A stretch of 64,000 nucleotides of DNA, taken from an uncultured delta proteobacterium (lineage in GTDB: Bacteria > Desulfobacterota > Desulfobacteria > Desulfobacterales > QNYZ01). The notes beneath the pieces were generated by a model. It was not told the DNA's origin, made no database searches, and worked only from the letters and a program-made list of their open reading frames with translations. This document shows positions 19,710 to 28,992 of this stretch, piece by piece. Each line of letters opens with the position of its first letter. Within the stretch, counting starts at the first letter, position 1. Position numbers and translations under genes: made by a program. The stretch covers positions 160,001 through 224,000 of the forward strand of contig CAWJQU010000008.1 in assembly GCA_963845145.1 (NCBI GenBank), written 5' to 3'.

Positions 19710-20609
19710 ATGAATGACAACATATCACCCCCCCTGCAAGGCGCCCCGTCGCCTGCGGACCGGCAACAGGCGCTTCCTTCCGAAGCCCGGGCTGTTTTAG
19801 ATCAGATCAAGTCCCTTAACAAAAAGAGATTATACACCAAAATCATCGGGCTTACCGTCATTATTGGGTTAATGTTCTGCCTGCTACTGGTGATCAAGGT
19901 TGATTTTAAGTTTATGTTTAAATGGCTGCCCTTTATCCTGACCGGAATGGGGTACACCCTTATAGTCTCTTTCCTGGCCATCACCCTGGCCTGTATTCTG
20001 GCAGTACTCGGTGCGCTGGGCCGTCTTTCCCGAAACCCCATTGCCAACAGCATCGCAGCAGTCTATGTATCGTTGATTCGCGGAACGCCCTTATTGGTGC
20101 AGGTATACATGTGGTATCTGGCCCTGCCCCAGGTTGGACAAGCCCTTGAAAATTTAGGTATACCGGGTATGCAGAGCATTTTCACCCTGCCGGCTATCCC
20201 TGCCGGTATTTGTGCCTTGGGGGTTTGCTATGGGGCCTACATGACAGAGACTGTGCGGGCGGGTATCCAATCGATTGGACTGGGCCAAACCGAAGCGGCC
20301 AAAGCGTTAGGCATGACCCAAAGGCAGACGTTGCGCCGGATCATCTTTCCGCAAGCCTTGCGCGTGATCATCCCGCCGGTTTCCAATGAGTTCATCGCCA
20401 TGATCAAAGACTCTTCACTTGTTTCGCTGATGGGCGTGTGGGAGTTGAGCTATCGGGCCATAAAAATAGGACGCCGCCATTTTCAATCGCTGGAGATGCT
20501 CATTACGGCTGCGATGATCTATTGGGTCATGTGTATTATTTTACAATACGTGCAAGAGCGTATCGAAGCCTATATGGCTCGCGGGGATAGGAGGGGTGCT
20601 AATGGATAG
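19710..20609 (+). CDS. Polar amino-acid ABC transporter permease (HisM/HisQ family)
   Basis: RGTPLLVQ, GAYMTETVRAGIQSI..GQTEAAKALGM (EAA loop) and KDSSLVS. Confidence 0.92.
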   Translation: MNDNISPPLQGAPSPADRQQALPSEARAVLDQIKSLNKKRLYTKIIGLTVIIGLMFCLLLVIKVDFKFMFKWLPFILTGMGYTLIVSFLAITLACILAVLGALGRLSRNPIANSIAAVYVSLIRGTPLLVQVYMWYLALPQVGQALENLGIPGMQSIFTLPAIPAGICALGVCYGAYMTETVRAGIQSIGLGQTEAAKALGMTQRQTLRRIIFPQALRVIIPPVSNEFIAMIKDSSLVSLMGVWELSYRAIKIGRRHFQSLEMLITAAMIYWVMCIILQYVQERIEAYMARGDRRGANG

Positions 20610-21366
20610 GGAACAACCCATCATTATGATTGAAAACCTGCACAAGGTGTTCGGCTCAGACCTGCATGTCCTTCAAGGAATAAATCTTGAGGTAAAGACC
20701 GGTGAAGTCGTGGTTATTCTGGGCCCTTCCGGGTCCGGGAAAAGCACCCTGCTGCGATGCGTCAATTGTCTCGAGGAGCCGACAGCAGGAAGCATTGAAT
20801 TGGATGGTATGCGTATTAAAGCCGGCGATCAATCCGCAAACGCCCAGAAGTTGAAGTTGGAGATTCGAAAAAGGGCCGGGATGTGTTTCCAATCCTTTAA
20901 TTTATTTCCGCATATGTCGGTTCTGGAAAACATCATAGAGGGCCCCGTGACGGTGTTAAGGCAAAGTAAAAAAGAGGCTATCCCCTATGCCGAGGAATTA
21001 TTGGATTGGGTGGGGCTAAATGACAAGCGCGATGAATATCCATCACGCCTTTCAGGGGGCCAGCAACAACGCGTAGCCATCGCCCGAAGTCTGGCAATGA
21101 AACCCAAGGTCATGCTTTTTGATGAACCCACCTCCGCCCTGGATCCAGAATTGGTGGGCGAAGTTGTCGATGTCATGGAACGCCTTGCAGCCGAGGGCAT
21201 GACCATCATGGCAGTCACCCATGAGATGCATTTCGCCAGGGATGTGGCCCATCGGGTGTTAATAATGGACAGCGGGAACTGGATTGAGGAGGGACCACCC
21301 GAAGAGATATTTACCAACCCGCAACATGAACGTAGTCGGCAATTCCTTAGCCATATTCTAGGATAG
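20602..21366 (+). CDS. Polar amino-acid ABC transporter ATP-binding protein (GlnQ/HisP family)
   Basis: GPSGSGKST, LSGGQQQRVAIAR, FDEPTSALDPELVGEV and VTHEM; ATG 20602 after GGAGG. Confidence 0.95.
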   Translation: MDREQPIIMIENLHKVFGSDLHVLQGINLEVKTGEVVVILGPSGSGKSTLLRCVNCLEEPTAGSIELDGMRIKAGDQSANAQKLKLEIRKRAGMCFQSFNLFPHMSVLENIIEGPVTVLRQSKKEAIPYAEELLDWVGLNDKRDEYPSRLSGGQQQRVAIARSLAMKPKVMLFDEPTSALDPELVGEVVDVMERLAAEGMTIMAVTHEMHFARDVAHRVLIMDSGNWIEEGPPEEIFTNPQHERSRQFLSHILG

Positions 21367-21406
21367 GGGATTCGCCCCCAATAACCTCTACATCTTAAAA
21401 TGGGGC

Positions 21407-21748
21407 CTAAGACGGTTTGCTGAGGGTCGACCCGTGATGACGGCGAAAGAGGGTGGCGGCATACTTTTCAAGTTTCCAATCAGGCACATTGCAAACCGGG
21501 CAAGCACCGTGGAACCATTTGTTGCGTAACCATCGGGCTGCGCGGGAGTTTCGGGAATCATTGATAACAAAAGTTTTATTGCAATGGGTGCTCACACGCG
21601 CCTGTGATCCCAGGATCTCAATGGTTCTGATCCCATGCAGCAATCCCCTTCGAGACGGCCAGAGTTTTATCTTGTTAATCAGTAAAAAAAGTTCGACTCG
21701 TTTTCTATAGTATCGCCGGGTGGCCGGTTTTTTCTGCTTGGCAGTCAT
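21407..21748 (-). CDS. pylSn: Pyrrolysyl-tRNA synthetase, N-terminal tRNA-binding subunit
   Basis: KIKLWPSRRGLLHGI, STHC, SRNSRAARWLRNK and CPVCNVPDWKLEKY motifs. Start uncertain (21748 or 21793). Confidence 0.93.
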   Translation of the reverse strand: MTAKQKKPATRRYYRKRVELFLLINKIKLWPSRRGLLHGIRTIEILGSQARVSTHCNKTFVINDSRNSRAARWLRNKWFHGACPVCNVPDWKLEKYAATLFRRHHGSTLSKPS

Positions 21749-21839
21749 AAGACGATCCGAATATTTAATAGATTTCCGGCGCTTCCTCGCCAACGAATGG
21801 TATTCCCAGAGGGCCGAGATGTTGCGGAATCAAAATCCA

Positions 21840-22934
21840 TCAGCTCTTTAGCCTTTTACGACGCTTGATGACCCACTGTCGGTATTGTTCCGGGGAGGCA
21901 GGGGACAACCCACAGTTTTTCAAAATCGCCGCGATACCGTCAACACTGCGATGGCCCTCGGCAATGTCAAGCTCACTTTGGGCCACGCCGGCAAGACCTG
22001 CGTCCCCCGGCATCAGGGACGTTACCACATTTGCCCCTGCATCGAGTCGTTGTTTGAGCCCTGCCACCCCCTCGACATCCAACGATGCCGGAATCAGTCG
22101 GTCGGGCATCAACAGGCGCATGAGGGCAATGATTTTCAATTCGAGCATTGGGTCAGGATCTGGGATATCAGCCATGGGCGTACCCTGCTGGGGGACGAAA
22201 GACATCACCCGGACCTGATCCGCCCCAAATGTCTGCATGGTGACCAACGAGTTGACAATATCGTCGTGGGTCTCTCCCGCACCGGTCAGAATGCCCTCTT
22301 CCACCAGCATTCCCTTCCGGTGAGCCATGGTCTTGCTTTTAAACCGGTTATTATAACTCTGCCCCTGTCGTAGTCGATTAAAAAGAGGTAGAGAATGGGT
22401 CTCCTGGTAACAAGCATACCAGCTGACACCCAACCCGGCCAATTGATCGAGGACGGGTTCGCGAAGCACACCGGCGGAAACCATTACCGGTAGTTTTACG
22501 GATTGTAATACCTCCCTTATCATTTCAATAAGTTCGGTGAACCCCTCTCGGCCGTTTTGATAAAACTGCGGATCTTCGCCCATGGTCAGATCGATCAGAT
22601 GAACCCCTGATTGGGCTAACTTTTGAGCCAGACAGATAATTTCGTCCAGGGTTTTGCGGTATCGGGCCGCCTTTACATTGCCATGACGATAAAGACAAAA
22701 GGTGCAATGATTACGACAATATGTGCTGACATATAAAAATCCGTATAGAAAAACCATTTGGCCAAAATATCGGTGGCGTAACGTCTGTGCGGTTTTAAAA
22801 AGCAACGCCGTCTGCTTGGGTGACCGGATCGAAAGCAAATACGTCAGATCCTCGTGTGCCAAAGCCTCGCCCGCCAGTGCCTTGCTCAGGATCTTCTTTG
22901 TTTGGATGAGTGATGGTTTCGTTGGACTATTCAC
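21840..22934 (-). CDS. pylB: 3-methylornithine synthase (radical SAM lysine mutase)
   Basis: STYCRNHCTFCLYR, DLTMGEDP, ACYQETH, MSFVPQQGTP, LIPASLDVEG and AGANVVTS motifs. Confidence 0.95.
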   Translation of the reverse strand: MNSPTKPSLIQTKKILSKALAGEALAHEDLTYLLSIRSPKQTALLFKTAQTLRHRYFGQMVFLYGFLYVSTYCRNHCTFCLYRHGNVKAARYRKTLDEIICLAQKLAQSGVHLIDLTMGEDPQFYQNGREGFTELIEMIREVLQSVKLPVMVSAGVLREPVLDQLAGLGVSWYACYQETHSLPLFNRLRQGQSYNNRFKSKTMAHRKGMLVEEGILTGAGETHDDIVNSLVTMQTFGADQVRVMSFVPQQGTPMADIPDPDPMLELKIIALMRLLMPDRLIPASLDVEGVAGLKQRLDAGANVVTSLMPGDAGLAGVAQSELDIAEGHRSVDGIAAILKNCGLSPASPEQYRQWVIKRRKRLKS

Positions 22935-23024
22935 CGATAACTTTGCCTAACATGGCTCTGTTGGACCAACTACAGATACCGAAAAATGGATTTTAAAAGC
23001 AGGAAACGTCGATGTGGGAGAAAA

Positions 23025-23098
23025 TGGCGGGGGGTCCCGGTGTCGCACCGAGCTACGTGGATTTAGAGTCCACGCGATCTCATATCGATCCACCCCCC
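23025..23098 (-). tRNA. pylT: tRNA-Pyl (CUA anticodon, amber decoder)
   Basis: GGGGGGT G GATC GATATGA GATC G CGTGGA CTCTAAA TCCACG TAG CTCGG TGCGACA CCGGG ACCCCCC G CCA: 7-bp acceptor, 1-nt linker, 6-bp anticodon stem, 3-nt variable loop, no TTC in the T-loop, G73, encoded CCA. Confidence 0.97.
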
Positions 23099-23178
23099 AT
23101 AAGGCCTATTGTTCCCTCCGGCCATCTTATCTTCCCTTTTACCCGACCTGTTTTTTAAATGCCTCTTATATTATTTTC

Positions 23179-23226
23179 TTGACAGGTGCAAGCGACCTTG
23201 GTAAATGTCGCCCTATTTGAGACAAC
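23179..23226 (+). promoter_or_regulatory. Promoter plus operator copy for the methyltransferase/saccharopine operon (divergent from pylT)
   Basis: TTGACA (23179), 17 nt, TAAATG, then GTCGCCCTATTTGAGACAAC (23207-23226; 17/20 identical to the 13424 site, same offset). Confidence 0.7.
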
Positions 23227-23310
23227 ATATTTAACAACGCGTTCAAGGTACCATAGAAATCGAGTTGGATTAATGCGGGCGCCTTCCGACAAAAATAGGA
23301 GGTTACAATC

Positions 23311-24729
23311 ATGATCGTACGCCCTTCAATGACGGTTTTGGATAAAGAACAGCAAGAGCAGGTCCACGCCTATTCGATGGATATATTATCAACTACCGGT
23401 ATTCAGGTGGATTCCAAATCTGCCCGGGATCTATTCAAATCGAATGGATGCCCCCTCAAGGACGATAACCGGGTTCTACTACCGCCTGAAATGGTGAACT
23501 GGGCGATTGCCGCCGCTCCGACACAGATCGACATATTCAAACGTGACGGGCAAAAAGCGTTTACGCTTGGATCGACCGGCAATAACAAAACCCGCTTCGG
23601 TATTGGGGTGACCAATTTGTATTATCAGCATCCCGACAATGACCAGGTCATCCCCTTTACGCTCAACCATTTAAAATCAGCGGTTCAGCTGGGAAGCTGT
23701 CTTCCCGGTTTTGATCTGATTTCCACCCCCGGTATTGCCCAGGACCTTGACCCCCAAACGGCGGATCTTTTCGCAACCCTCACCATGATTGCCAATACAA
23801 TCAAACCGCTGGTGCTATTAATCTCTGAACAAAAGATGTTTTTACCTGCGCTCGATCTTTTGGAAAAACTGCATGGAGATCTTTCGATAAAACCGTTTGT
23901 GATTCCCTATTTCAATCCGATTACACCCCTGGTCTTAAACGAAGAAACCGTCTCAAAAATGGTGGCCACCATCGAACGAGGGTTGCCGTTTATCTATAAC
24001 AATTATGGCATGTCCGGCGCTACAGCGCCAATTACCCCCGGGTCGACACTGGCCCTTTTAAATGCCGAACTATTGGCTGGCCTGTTGTTTTCGCAGCTGG
24101 TCAAAAAAGGAACCCCCATCATTTTGGGCTCTCTGCCGGCGGGCTTTGATATGAGATCGATGATGAGCCAATACACACCGCACACCTATTTGCTCAACCT
24201 GGCCTGTGCCGAAATGATGGCATTTTATGAGATCCCCCACTCGGGGACATCGGGGAGCGGCCCCGGCTGGGGACCAGATCTTTTAGCCGCCGAAGGGTTG
24301 TGGATGAATCATTTGACCGCATGTATGGGCAAAGTTGGGCTAGCGCCATTCGTCGGGGGCAATTTCGACTCCTTGGCTTTCTCTCCGGCGATGGTTGTAC
24401 TGGCCGATGAAATCATTCGCCTGGTGGGGCGGTTTAGCGAAGGATTTTCCTTAGACCCCGAACAGGTTGCGCTATCGGAGATCGAAGCGACCGGCCCTGC
24501 AGGCAACTTTTTGACAACGGATATGACCTTACAATTATTTCGCCGTCTACCTTTTGCGAGTCCGATCTGGCCGGTTATGGCTCTCGATCAATGGGAAACA
24601 CAAAACCGGCCGACAGCCGAGGCCCGCTTACGTCAACATACCATTGAAATTTTAGAACAGCTAAAGCCGCCTTTAGATCATACCGACCTGATGGAGCGCG
24701 GCAAGCTTCACCTTGACGATTCGGTTTAA
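23311..24729 (+). CDS. MttB-superfamily methyltransferase without pyrrolysine (quaternary-amine type)
   Basis: EQVHAYSMDILSTTGI, NPITPL, MSGATAPITPGSTLALLNAELLAGL and GPAGNFLT; continuous ORF, HSGTSGSG at the Pyl-equivalent position. Confidence 0.88.
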   Translation: MIVRPSMTVLDKEQQEQVHAYSMDILSTTGIQVDSKSARDLFKSNGCPLKDDNRVLLPPEMVNWAIAAAPTQIDIFKRDGQKAFTLGSTGNNKTRFGIGVTNLYYQHPDNDQVIPFTLNHLKSAVQLGSCLPGFDLISTPGIAQDLDPQTADLFATLTMIANTIKPLVLLISEQKMFLPALDLLEKLHGDLSIKPFVIPYFNPITPLVLNEETVSKMVATIERGLPFIYNNYGMSGATAPITPGSTLALLNAELLAGLLFSQLVKKGTPIILGSLPAGFDMRSMMSQYTPHTYLLNLACAEMMAFYEIPHSGTSGSGPGWGPDLLAAEGLWMNHLTACMGKVGLAPFVGGNFDSLAFSPAMVVLADEIIRLVGRFSEGFSLDPEQVALSEIEATGPAGNFLTTDMTLQLFRRLPFASPIWPVMALDQWETQNRPTAEARLRQHTIEILEQLKPPLDHTDLMERGKLHLDDSV

Positions 24730-24766
24730 TCTAATGTTCTTTTGAGATAAAGAGGAAGGAAATAAA

Positions 24767-26122
24767 ATGCTCAAAAAAATCCTTATTTTAGGAGCCGGCC
24801 TGGTGGCCGGTCCGACCGTTAGATATCTGATCCAAAATCCCGAGTTGGAGGTTCGGATAGCCGATCAGCAGGTGGAAAACGCTCAACGGCTTATATCCGG
24901 TCAGCCCCGTGGCGAGGCGATTGAAATGGACGTTGAGAACCATTCTCAATTAAGTGGGGAGATTGCCAAAGCGGACATCGTTATCAGCCTGTTACCCTGG
25001 GTGCTGCACCCAAAAATTGCCGCCCTTTGCCTAGAATACAAGAAACACTTGGTTACGGCATCTTACCGGTCCGAAGCGTTGTCTGCCATGGACCGGGAAG
25101 CCCGCGAAAACGGGTTGCTCTTTTTAAATGAAATCGGTGTAGATCCCGGGCTGGACCACATGTCAGCCATGCAGGTTATCGATTCCGTTCACCAAAACGG
25201 CGGCACCATCGATAGTTTTTTTTCTTATTGTGGTGGATTGCCGGCGCTGGAAAGCAACAACAATCCACTGGGCTACAAGTTCTCCTGGAGTCCTGAAGGT
25301 GCGATGTTGGCCGCCTCCAACGATGGGCATTACCTTGAAAACGGACAGGTCGTCGAAGTCTCGGGCAGCGACCTTTTTAAACACTACTGGCTAAAAAGTA
25401 TCCCCGGCGCCGGTGTTTTCGAGGCCTATGTCAACCGGGACGCACTGCCGTACAAAGAGATATACGGTTTAGAACATGCTTCCGGTATGTATCGCGGCAC
25501 GTTGCGCAATGTCGGCTATTGTGAGACCTGGGATTTTTTTAAACACCTCGGTCTGTTGAACCGAAAAATGAAATTTGATTTTTCCGAGGTAACGCCCCGG
25601 GAAGTGTTGGCCAACATCGTGAACTGCCAGGATGGTGATGTGCGTAAGGCCATTGCCGAGCATCTGAATATTCCGCTCTATTCTCTGACGCTAAAAAAAT
25701 TGGAGTGGCTGGGGTTGCTAGCTCAACGGAAATTGGATCTTGGGACAGCTTCGGTCTTTGAGATGTTCGCGTATACCTTAAAACAACGCCTGCTATATGA
25801 TGAAGGCGAAAAGGATCTATTAGTGATGCACCATGAGTTCGAGGCGATATATCCGGGTATGCCTAAGCAGCGCATCCAATCCACTTTAATCGACCGCGGC
25901 ATACCCGGGGGAGACAGCTCCATGTCCCGCACCGTAGGATACCCGGTAGCAATTGCCGCTGATTTAATCGCCGCCGGAAAAATCCGACTAAAGGGTGTAG
26001 AAATCCCGGTTCATGAAGAGATATATCGACCGGTTCTTGCCGCATGTGAAGAATTGGATATCCGTTTTATTGAAACCAGGTCCGATCTTGATGAAGATGA
26101 ACGCAGTTATTGGGGGGATTAA
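24767..26122 (+). CDS. Saccharopine dehydrogenase (glutamate-forming, Lys9/AASS-SDH type)
   Basis: LILGAGLVA, VTASY, NEIGVDPGLDHMSA, SYCGGLPA, NPLGYKFSWSP, YVNRD, RGTLR and SMSRTVGYP motifs. Confidence 0.9.
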   Translation: MLKKILILGAGLVAGPTVRYLIQNPELEVRIADQQVENAQRLISGQPRGEAIEMDVENHSQLSGEIAKADIVISLLPWVLHPKIAALCLEYKKHLVTASYRSEALSAMDREARENGLLFLNEIGVDPGLDHMSAMQVIDSVHQNGGTIDSFFSYCGGLPALESNNNPLGYKFSWSPEGAMLAASNDGHYLENGQVVEVSGSDLFKHYWLKSIPGAGVFEAYVNRDALPYKEIYGLEHASGMYRGTLRNVGYCETWDFFKHLGLLNRKMKFDFSEVTPREVLANIVNCQDGDVRKAIAEHLNIPLYSLTLKKLEWLGLLAQRKLDLGTASVFEMFAYTLKQRLLYDEGEKDLLVMHHEFEAIYPGMPKQRIQSTLIDRGIPGGDSSMSRTVGYPVAIAADLIAAGKIRLKGVEIPVHEEIYRPVLAACEELDIRFIETRSDLDEDERSYWGD

Positions 26123-26124
26123 TC

Positions 26125-27432
26125 ATGACAAATTTACTTATTCGGGCTGAAGACAAAAACAAATGGGAACGCCGGACACCATTGGTACCGGATGATGTGG
26201 CCAAATTTATCAGCGAAACCAATGCAAAAGTACTGATCCAAAAATCAGAAAAACGTGTTTATGGCCAAAGCCGTTACGAAAAAATAGGCGCTAAAACATG
26301 TGAAGAGATGGACCAGGGCGATCTGATTCTGGGAATTAAAGAGATTCCCGCCGAAAAAATCTTGGCCAACAAAACGTATGTTTTTTTCTCTCATACGATC
26401 AAGGGCCAAAAGGAGAATATGCCCCTGTTGAAAAAAATCATGGATAGCGAATCGACGCTTATCGACTATGAGAAGATAACCGACGATCAGCGGCGACGCT
26501 TAATTTTTTTCGGTCCTTTCGCCGGTCAGGCCGGTGCCATCGATATACTTTCACTCATGGGCGAACATTGGGCCGACAAAGGTCTGACCACGCCCTTCTC
26601 CGAAGTTAGGCGCGCCCACCAGTACGAATCCCTGGAAGAGGCGCTGGTGCATCTGGCCAGCATTGGCAAACGAATAGAAAGAGAAGGCCTTCCATCAGAA
26701 CTATGCCCATTGACTGTGGGGATTCTGGGTTATGGAAATGTCTCCAGAGGTGCCCAGCAAATTTTCAACTGTTTACCCACACAACCCGTTGCCCCAGAAG
26801 ATATTAATGCTTTTGTCGAAGAAAAGAGTGGAGATAATCGCACGGTTTATACAACCATCTTTCATGAAGAGCATCTGGTTAAACCGAAAGCAAAAGAGGC
26901 CCAATTCGATCTCAATGAGTATTTCGGATTCCCGGAACGGTATGAGAGCCGCTTTGAGCGTTTTCTTCCAAGCTTCACCCTGCTGGTCAATGCCGTTTAT
27001 TGGGAAAAACGCTATCCTAGATTTGTCACTAACCAAGGTCTCAAGTCCTTGGCCCAAAAGAGTGCCCGGTTCAAGTTGAACGGTATTGCCGACATTACAT
27101 GCGACACCTTTGGTTCGGTGGAATGCAATGTTAAATCGACAGATAGCGACATGCCCGGTTACCGAGTGGACCCCATAACAGGTGGGACGGTGGACGGCCA
27201 TTTGGGAGAAGGCATTGTTCTTTTGGCCGTTGACAACCTGCCCTGCGAACTTCCCGCGGACAGCTCCACCTATTTCAGCAATCAATTGCGGCCGTTTATC
27301 CCCAATCTGATGACGGCTGATTACCAGGCAATGCTTTCGACATCCGGCCTCCGTCCCGAGCTACAAAGGGCGACCATTGTATACAAAGGACAATTGACCG
27401 ATGATTACCTCTATTTGCAGGCCCATTTATAA
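26125..27432 (+). CDS. Lysine-ketoglutarate reductase-like protein (AASS-LKR domain, AlaDh/PNT fold)
   Basis: IRAEDKNKWERRTPLVP, GIKEIP, FFSHTIKGQKENM, LIDYEKI, GYGNVSRGAQ, DITCD and VDNLPCELP motifs; ATG 26125. Confidence 0.88.
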   Translation: MTNLLIRAEDKNKWERRTPLVPDDVAKFISETNAKVLIQKSEKRVYGQSRYEKIGAKTCEEMDQGDLILGIKEIPAEKILANKTYVFFSHTIKGQKENMPLLKKIMDSESTLIDYEKITDDQRRRLIFFGPFAGQAGAIDILSLMGEHWADKGLTTPFSEVRRAHQYESLEEALVHLASIGKRIEREGLPSELCPLTVGILGYGNVSRGAQQIFNCLPTQPVAPEDINAFVEEKSGDNRTVYTTIFHEEHLVKPKAKEAQFDLNEYFGFPERYESRFERFLPSFTLLVNAVYWEKRYPRFVTNQGLKSLAQKSARFKLNGIADITCDTFGSVECNVKSTDSDMPGYRVDPITGGTVDGHLGEGIVLLAVDNLPCELPADSSTYFSNQLRPFIPNLMTADYQAMLSTSGLRPELQRATIVYKGQLTDDYLYLQAHL

Positions 27433-27497
27433 TGGAATTCCACTGTCTTTTTATAACCGTATCCTCCGTAAATTTTTTACTTTAAGGAAATTTAACC

Positions 27498-28967
27498 ATG
27501 AGACGAAACAATCATGCAGGTAAACATCGCAACGGTGGCCTGAGCCTCGACATTCTCACTGACGATGAGTTAGATGAGATCCACCTGGCCACATTGGAAG
27601 TACTGCAACAAACCGGAATTTTTGTAGAAGAAGCGTCCGCCCTAACCTGCTTTAAAGAGAATGGCGCGGATGTGGACGAAGTGGAAAAAATCGTTCGGTT
27701 ACCAGCCTATATGGTTGAGGAAGCCATCCGCAGTGCACCTTCTAAGGTGATTCTCGCAGGGCGGGACCCAAAAAACGATATCGTCCTTGAAAGCAATCGC
27801 GTGCATTTCACTAACTTTAGTGAAGGGGTGAAAATCAACGATCTGAACACCGGGGAAAGTCGAGAACCGGTCAAACAGGATCTCATCGATTCAGCCAGGG
27901 TCATTGATTATCTGGATGAAATAGATTTTTGTGAGAAGGCCCTCGGTGCCCATGACGTTGATCAAACGTGCGTCCCTTTACACAACGCTGAAGCCTACCT
28001 TACAAATACAACCAAACATTGTGCATTTGGACCCGGTAACGGTGACATGCTGGAAAAAATACTCGATATGGCCGGTGTCATCGTCGGTGGACGGGACAAC
28101 TTAAAGCAACGGCCCATCGTCAGCTTCACGACCTGCCCGGTAAGTCCACTGAAACTTATCACCGACTGCTGCGAAATTATAATGACTTCCGCCCGTAACA
28201 ATGTGGTTTGCAACATTCTATCCATGGCCATGTCCGGGGGTACGGCCCCGGTAACCTTGGCGGGCACGCTTGTCACCCACAATGCCGAAATCCTTTCCGG
28301 CATAACCTTAGCGCAGCTCACGCGAAAAGGCGCGCCAGTGATTTACGGCAGCTCCACAACAGCAATGGATTTGAAGATGGCGGCTGCCACGGTGGGAACG
28401 CCCGAATGCGCTTTAATTAGCGGAGCGGTAGCACGACTGGCGCGCTACTATGCACTCCCCAGCTATGTGGCCGGCGGGTAGGGCGACGCCAAGATTTCCG
28501 ACACGCAGGCAGGCCACGAAAAAACCCTAACCGCGATGATCCCCGCATTGGCAGGTGCCAATATGATCTATGGTTTGGGAATGTTGGAAAGTGGCATTAC
28601 CTTCGATTACGGTCAACTGCTGTTGGATTGCGAAGTCGCCCGAATGATCAAATTTACGTTGGGTGGCATCCTCGTCAATGACCACACCCTGGCTACCGAT
28701 GTGATCAAAGAGATCGGTCCTGGTCGAGATTACCTCATGCACGACCACACGTTTGATGGCATGCGGGATCAGTCCAAACCGGAACTGATCGACCGCAAAA
28801 TGAGACAAGCTTGGGAAGATGATGGTGCCACCACTGCTTATGAACGTGCAGTAATTAAGGCGCGCTGGATTCTGGAAAACCATAAACCTGATCCGCTTGA
28901 CGATGAGGTCCTCAATCAGATCAGATCCATTGTGAGGAAAACGGAAAAAGACTTAGGGCTTACCTGA
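27498..28967 (+). CDS. mttB: Pyrrolysine-containing trimethylamine methyltransferase family protein (Pyl328)
   Basis: ORFs 27498-28481 and 28536-28967 join in frame through TAG 28479-28481: PSYVAGG-O-GDAKISDTQAGHEKT..AGANMIYGLGMLE, the canonical MttB Pyl site; 489 aa. Confidence 0.95.
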
Positions 28968-28992
28968 GAAGATCGCAAAGGAGAAATGATCC

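Noticed and set aside
21395..21409. pylSn TAG as a Pyl codon
   Set aside because: A TAA follows three codons later and the domain is complete.
23014..23220. 68-aa ORF on the plus strand
   Set aside because: It is antisense to tRNA-Pyl and overlaps a promoter; spurious.
28482..28560. PYLIS-like element after the mttB amber codon
   Set aside because: No convincing hairpin shared with the mtbB site by eye, and PYLIS is not required for Pyl insertion.
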